Virus record (IMG/VR): IMGVR_UViG_2617270975_000005
Origin: a virus
Lineage: Duplodnaviria; Heunggongvirae; Uroviricota; Caudoviricetes
Length of the DNA: 12,420 nucleotides
Strand: one strand, 5' to 3'
The position numbers and the translations under genes are program-made. How positions within the stretch are numbered: position 1 is the stretch's first letter; each line of letters opens with the position of its first letter. The notes under the pieces were generated by a model that made no database searches, was not told where the DNA came from, and was given only the letters and a program-made list of their open reading frames with translations. This document shows positions 11,099 to 12,420 of this stretch, piece by piece.

Positions 11099-11776
11099 AT
11101 GTCCATCATTTTTAATGGACACTATCGTATGAAACACCGGACCTGGATCACTGAAGCTTTACGTCTTCACTTTGAAGAACATTTACCCCGGGTTGTGGCC
11201 GGGCGTCGCCTGGGTGTACCAAAATCAACAGTTTGTAGTATGTTCGTGCGCTTTCGGAGAGCTGGCCTTTCGTGGCCTTTGCCCGCAGGCATGTCGGAGC
11301 AGGAACTTGATGCCTGCCTTTACGGACAATTTTCCACGGTACCAGTCGTACGTCCTGAAAGCACCGTTATATCCGAAGCCCCCGTGGTAAAAAAACGTCC
11401 CCGGCGGCCCAACTTCCCTTATGAGTTTAAAATCGCCTTAGTGGAGCAGTCACTGCAGCCCGGAGCCTGTGTGGCGCAGATCGCCCGGGAAAACGGAATC
11501 AACGATAACCTGCTCTTCAACTGGCGCCATCAATACCGGAAAGGTGGCCTGCTGCCTTCCGGAAAAAATATGCCGGCACTGCTTCCCGTGACGTTAACGC
11601 CGGAGCCGGATAATAAAATCCCGGCCCCCGCACAGGAACCAGAGCAGATAAATACACCGTCCGACAGTCTGTGTTGTGAGCTGGTTCTGCCGGCCGGAAC
11701 TCTCAGGCTTAAAGGTAAACTGACGCCGGCGTTATTACAGACACTTATCCGCGAAATAAAAGGGAGCAGCCACTGA
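11099..11776 (+). CDS. tnpA: IS66-family orf1 (TnpA-like accessory HTH protein); start uncertain (ATG 11099 or ATG 11129)
   Basis: The C-terminal part ...RRPNFPYEFKIALVEQSLQPGACVAQIARENGINDNLLFNWRHQYRKGG... has the HTH motif typical of IS66 Orf1 and IS3 OrfA proteins. Its stop overlaps the orf2 start (TGATG). Neither candidate start has a strong Shine-Dalgarno. Confidence 0.8.
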   Translation: MSIIFNGHYRMKHRTWITEALRLHFEEHLPRVVAGRRLGVPKSTVCSMFVRFRRAGLSWPLPAGMSEQELDACLYGQFSTVPVVRPESTVISEAPVVKKRPRRPNFPYEFKIALVEQSLQPGACVAQIARENGINDNLLFNWRHQYRKGGLLPSGKNMPALLPVTLTPEPDNKIPAPAQEPEQINTPSDSLCCELVLPAGTLRLKGKLTPALLQTLIREIKGSSH

Positions 11777-12123
11777 TGATATCTCTCCCTGCAGGTTCGC
11801 GTATCTGGCTGGTTGCAGGTATCACCGATATGCGAAATGGCTTTAACGGCCTGGCATCAAAAGTTCAGAACGTCCTGAAGGATGACCCGTTCTCCGGACA
11901 CCTGTTCATCTTCCGCGGACGCCGGGGTGACCAGATAAAAGTGTTGTGGGCTGACAGTGACGGACTGTGCCTCTTCACCAAACGCCTGGAGCGGGGCCGC
12001 TTCGTCTGGCCAGTCACCCGTGACGGCAAGGTGCACCTTACTCCGGCTCAGTTATCCATGCTTCTTGAAGGTATCAACTGGAAGCACCCGAAACGAACGG
12101 AACGCGCTGGAATCCGCATATAA
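11776..12123 (+). CDS. tnpB: IS66-family orf2 (TnpB accessory protein)
   Basis: 115-aa ORF MISLPAGSRIWLVAGITDMRNGFNGLASKVQNVLKDDPFSGHLFIFRGRRGDQIKVLWADSDGLCLFTKRLERGRFVWP... is the conserved IS66 Orf2 family pattern. Confidence 0.9.
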   Translation: MISLPAGSRIWLVAGITDMRNGFNGLASKVQNVLKDDPFSGHLFIFRGRRGDQIKVLWADSDGLCLFTKRLERGRFVWPVTRDGKVHLTPAQLSMLLEGINWKHPKRTERAGIRI

Positions 12124-12142
12124 CCCGTTGTAAAGTGAGGAT

Positions 12143-12420
12143 ATGGACACCTCACTTGCTCATGAGAACGCCCGCCTGCGGGCACTGTTGCAGACGCAAC
12201 AGGACACCATCCGCCAGATGGCTGAATACAACCGCCTGCTCTCACAGCGGGTGGCGGCTTATGCTTCCGAAATCAACCGGCTGAAGGCGCTGGTTGCGAA
12301 ACTGCAACGTATGCAGTTCGGTAAAAGCTCAGAAAAACTTCGTGCAAAAACCGAACGGCAGATACAGGAAGCACAGGAGCGAATCAGCGCACTTCAGGAA
12401 GAAATGGCGGAAACGCTGGG
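12143..12420 (+). CDS. tnpC: IS66-family transposase TnpC, N-terminal ~92 codons (3' end outside window)
   Basis: MDTSLAHENARLRALLQTQQDTIRQMAEYNRLLSQRVAAYASEINRLKALVAKLQRMQFGKSSEKLRAKTERQIQEAQERISALQEEMAETL: heptad-like Leu/Ala-rich N-terminus typical of IS66 transposases. GAGG lies just upstream. The ORF is open to the window end. Confidence 0.85.
   Translation, partial: MDTSLAHENARLRALLQTQQDTIRQMAEYNRLLSQRVAAYASEINRLKALVAKLQRMQFGKSSEKLRAKTERQIQEAQERISALQEEMAETL

Larger units (their letters stand above)
11046..12420 (+). mobile_element. IS66-family insertion sequence, left end and first ~1.4 kb (continues beyond the window)
   Basis: Lambda V similarity ends at ...GCAAAAGTTAA (11045). The next bases start GTAACCGG, and IS66-family termini typically begin 5'-GTAA. 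Three co-oriented ORFs follow in the canonical IS66 order (HTH accessory protein, TnpB-like 115 aa, TnpC N-terminus with coiled-coil). The right end is not in the window, so boundary and target duplication are unverified. Confidence 0.85.

Overview
This window is the late (packaging and head) region of a lambda-like prophage, interrupted by two unrelated insertion sequences; it is most likely a cryptic prophage in an Escherichia/Shigella-type genome. All identifications rest on my reading of the ORF translations and on recalled lambda, IS1 and IS66 sequences; no database search or alignment was run. Layout: (1) 1-748 is an IS1 element whose first ~20 bp lie left of the window (insA, insB, A6C frameshift motif). 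(2) 749-1900 is a non-lambda segment with a plus-strand terminator-like hairpin and an AT-rich two-gene minus-strand cassette (77-aa RHH-like protein followed by a 136-aa protein). (3) A complete cos site (cosQ/cosN/cosB) sits at about 1935-2140. (4) 2157-10910 holds a collinear, apparently intact nu1-A-W-B-C/nu3-D-E-FI-FII-Z-U gene set. (5) The major tail gene V starts at 10918 but is cut after codon 43 by an IS66-family element (orf1, orf2/tnpB, 5' part of tnpC) that runs off the right edge. I saw no rRNA, tRNA or CRISPR array. The only candidate for an uncharacterised system is the AT-rich cassette next to cos; the rest is well-known phage and IS biology, although the configuration (intact cos and head module, broken tail module, IS on both sides) is worth a second look.
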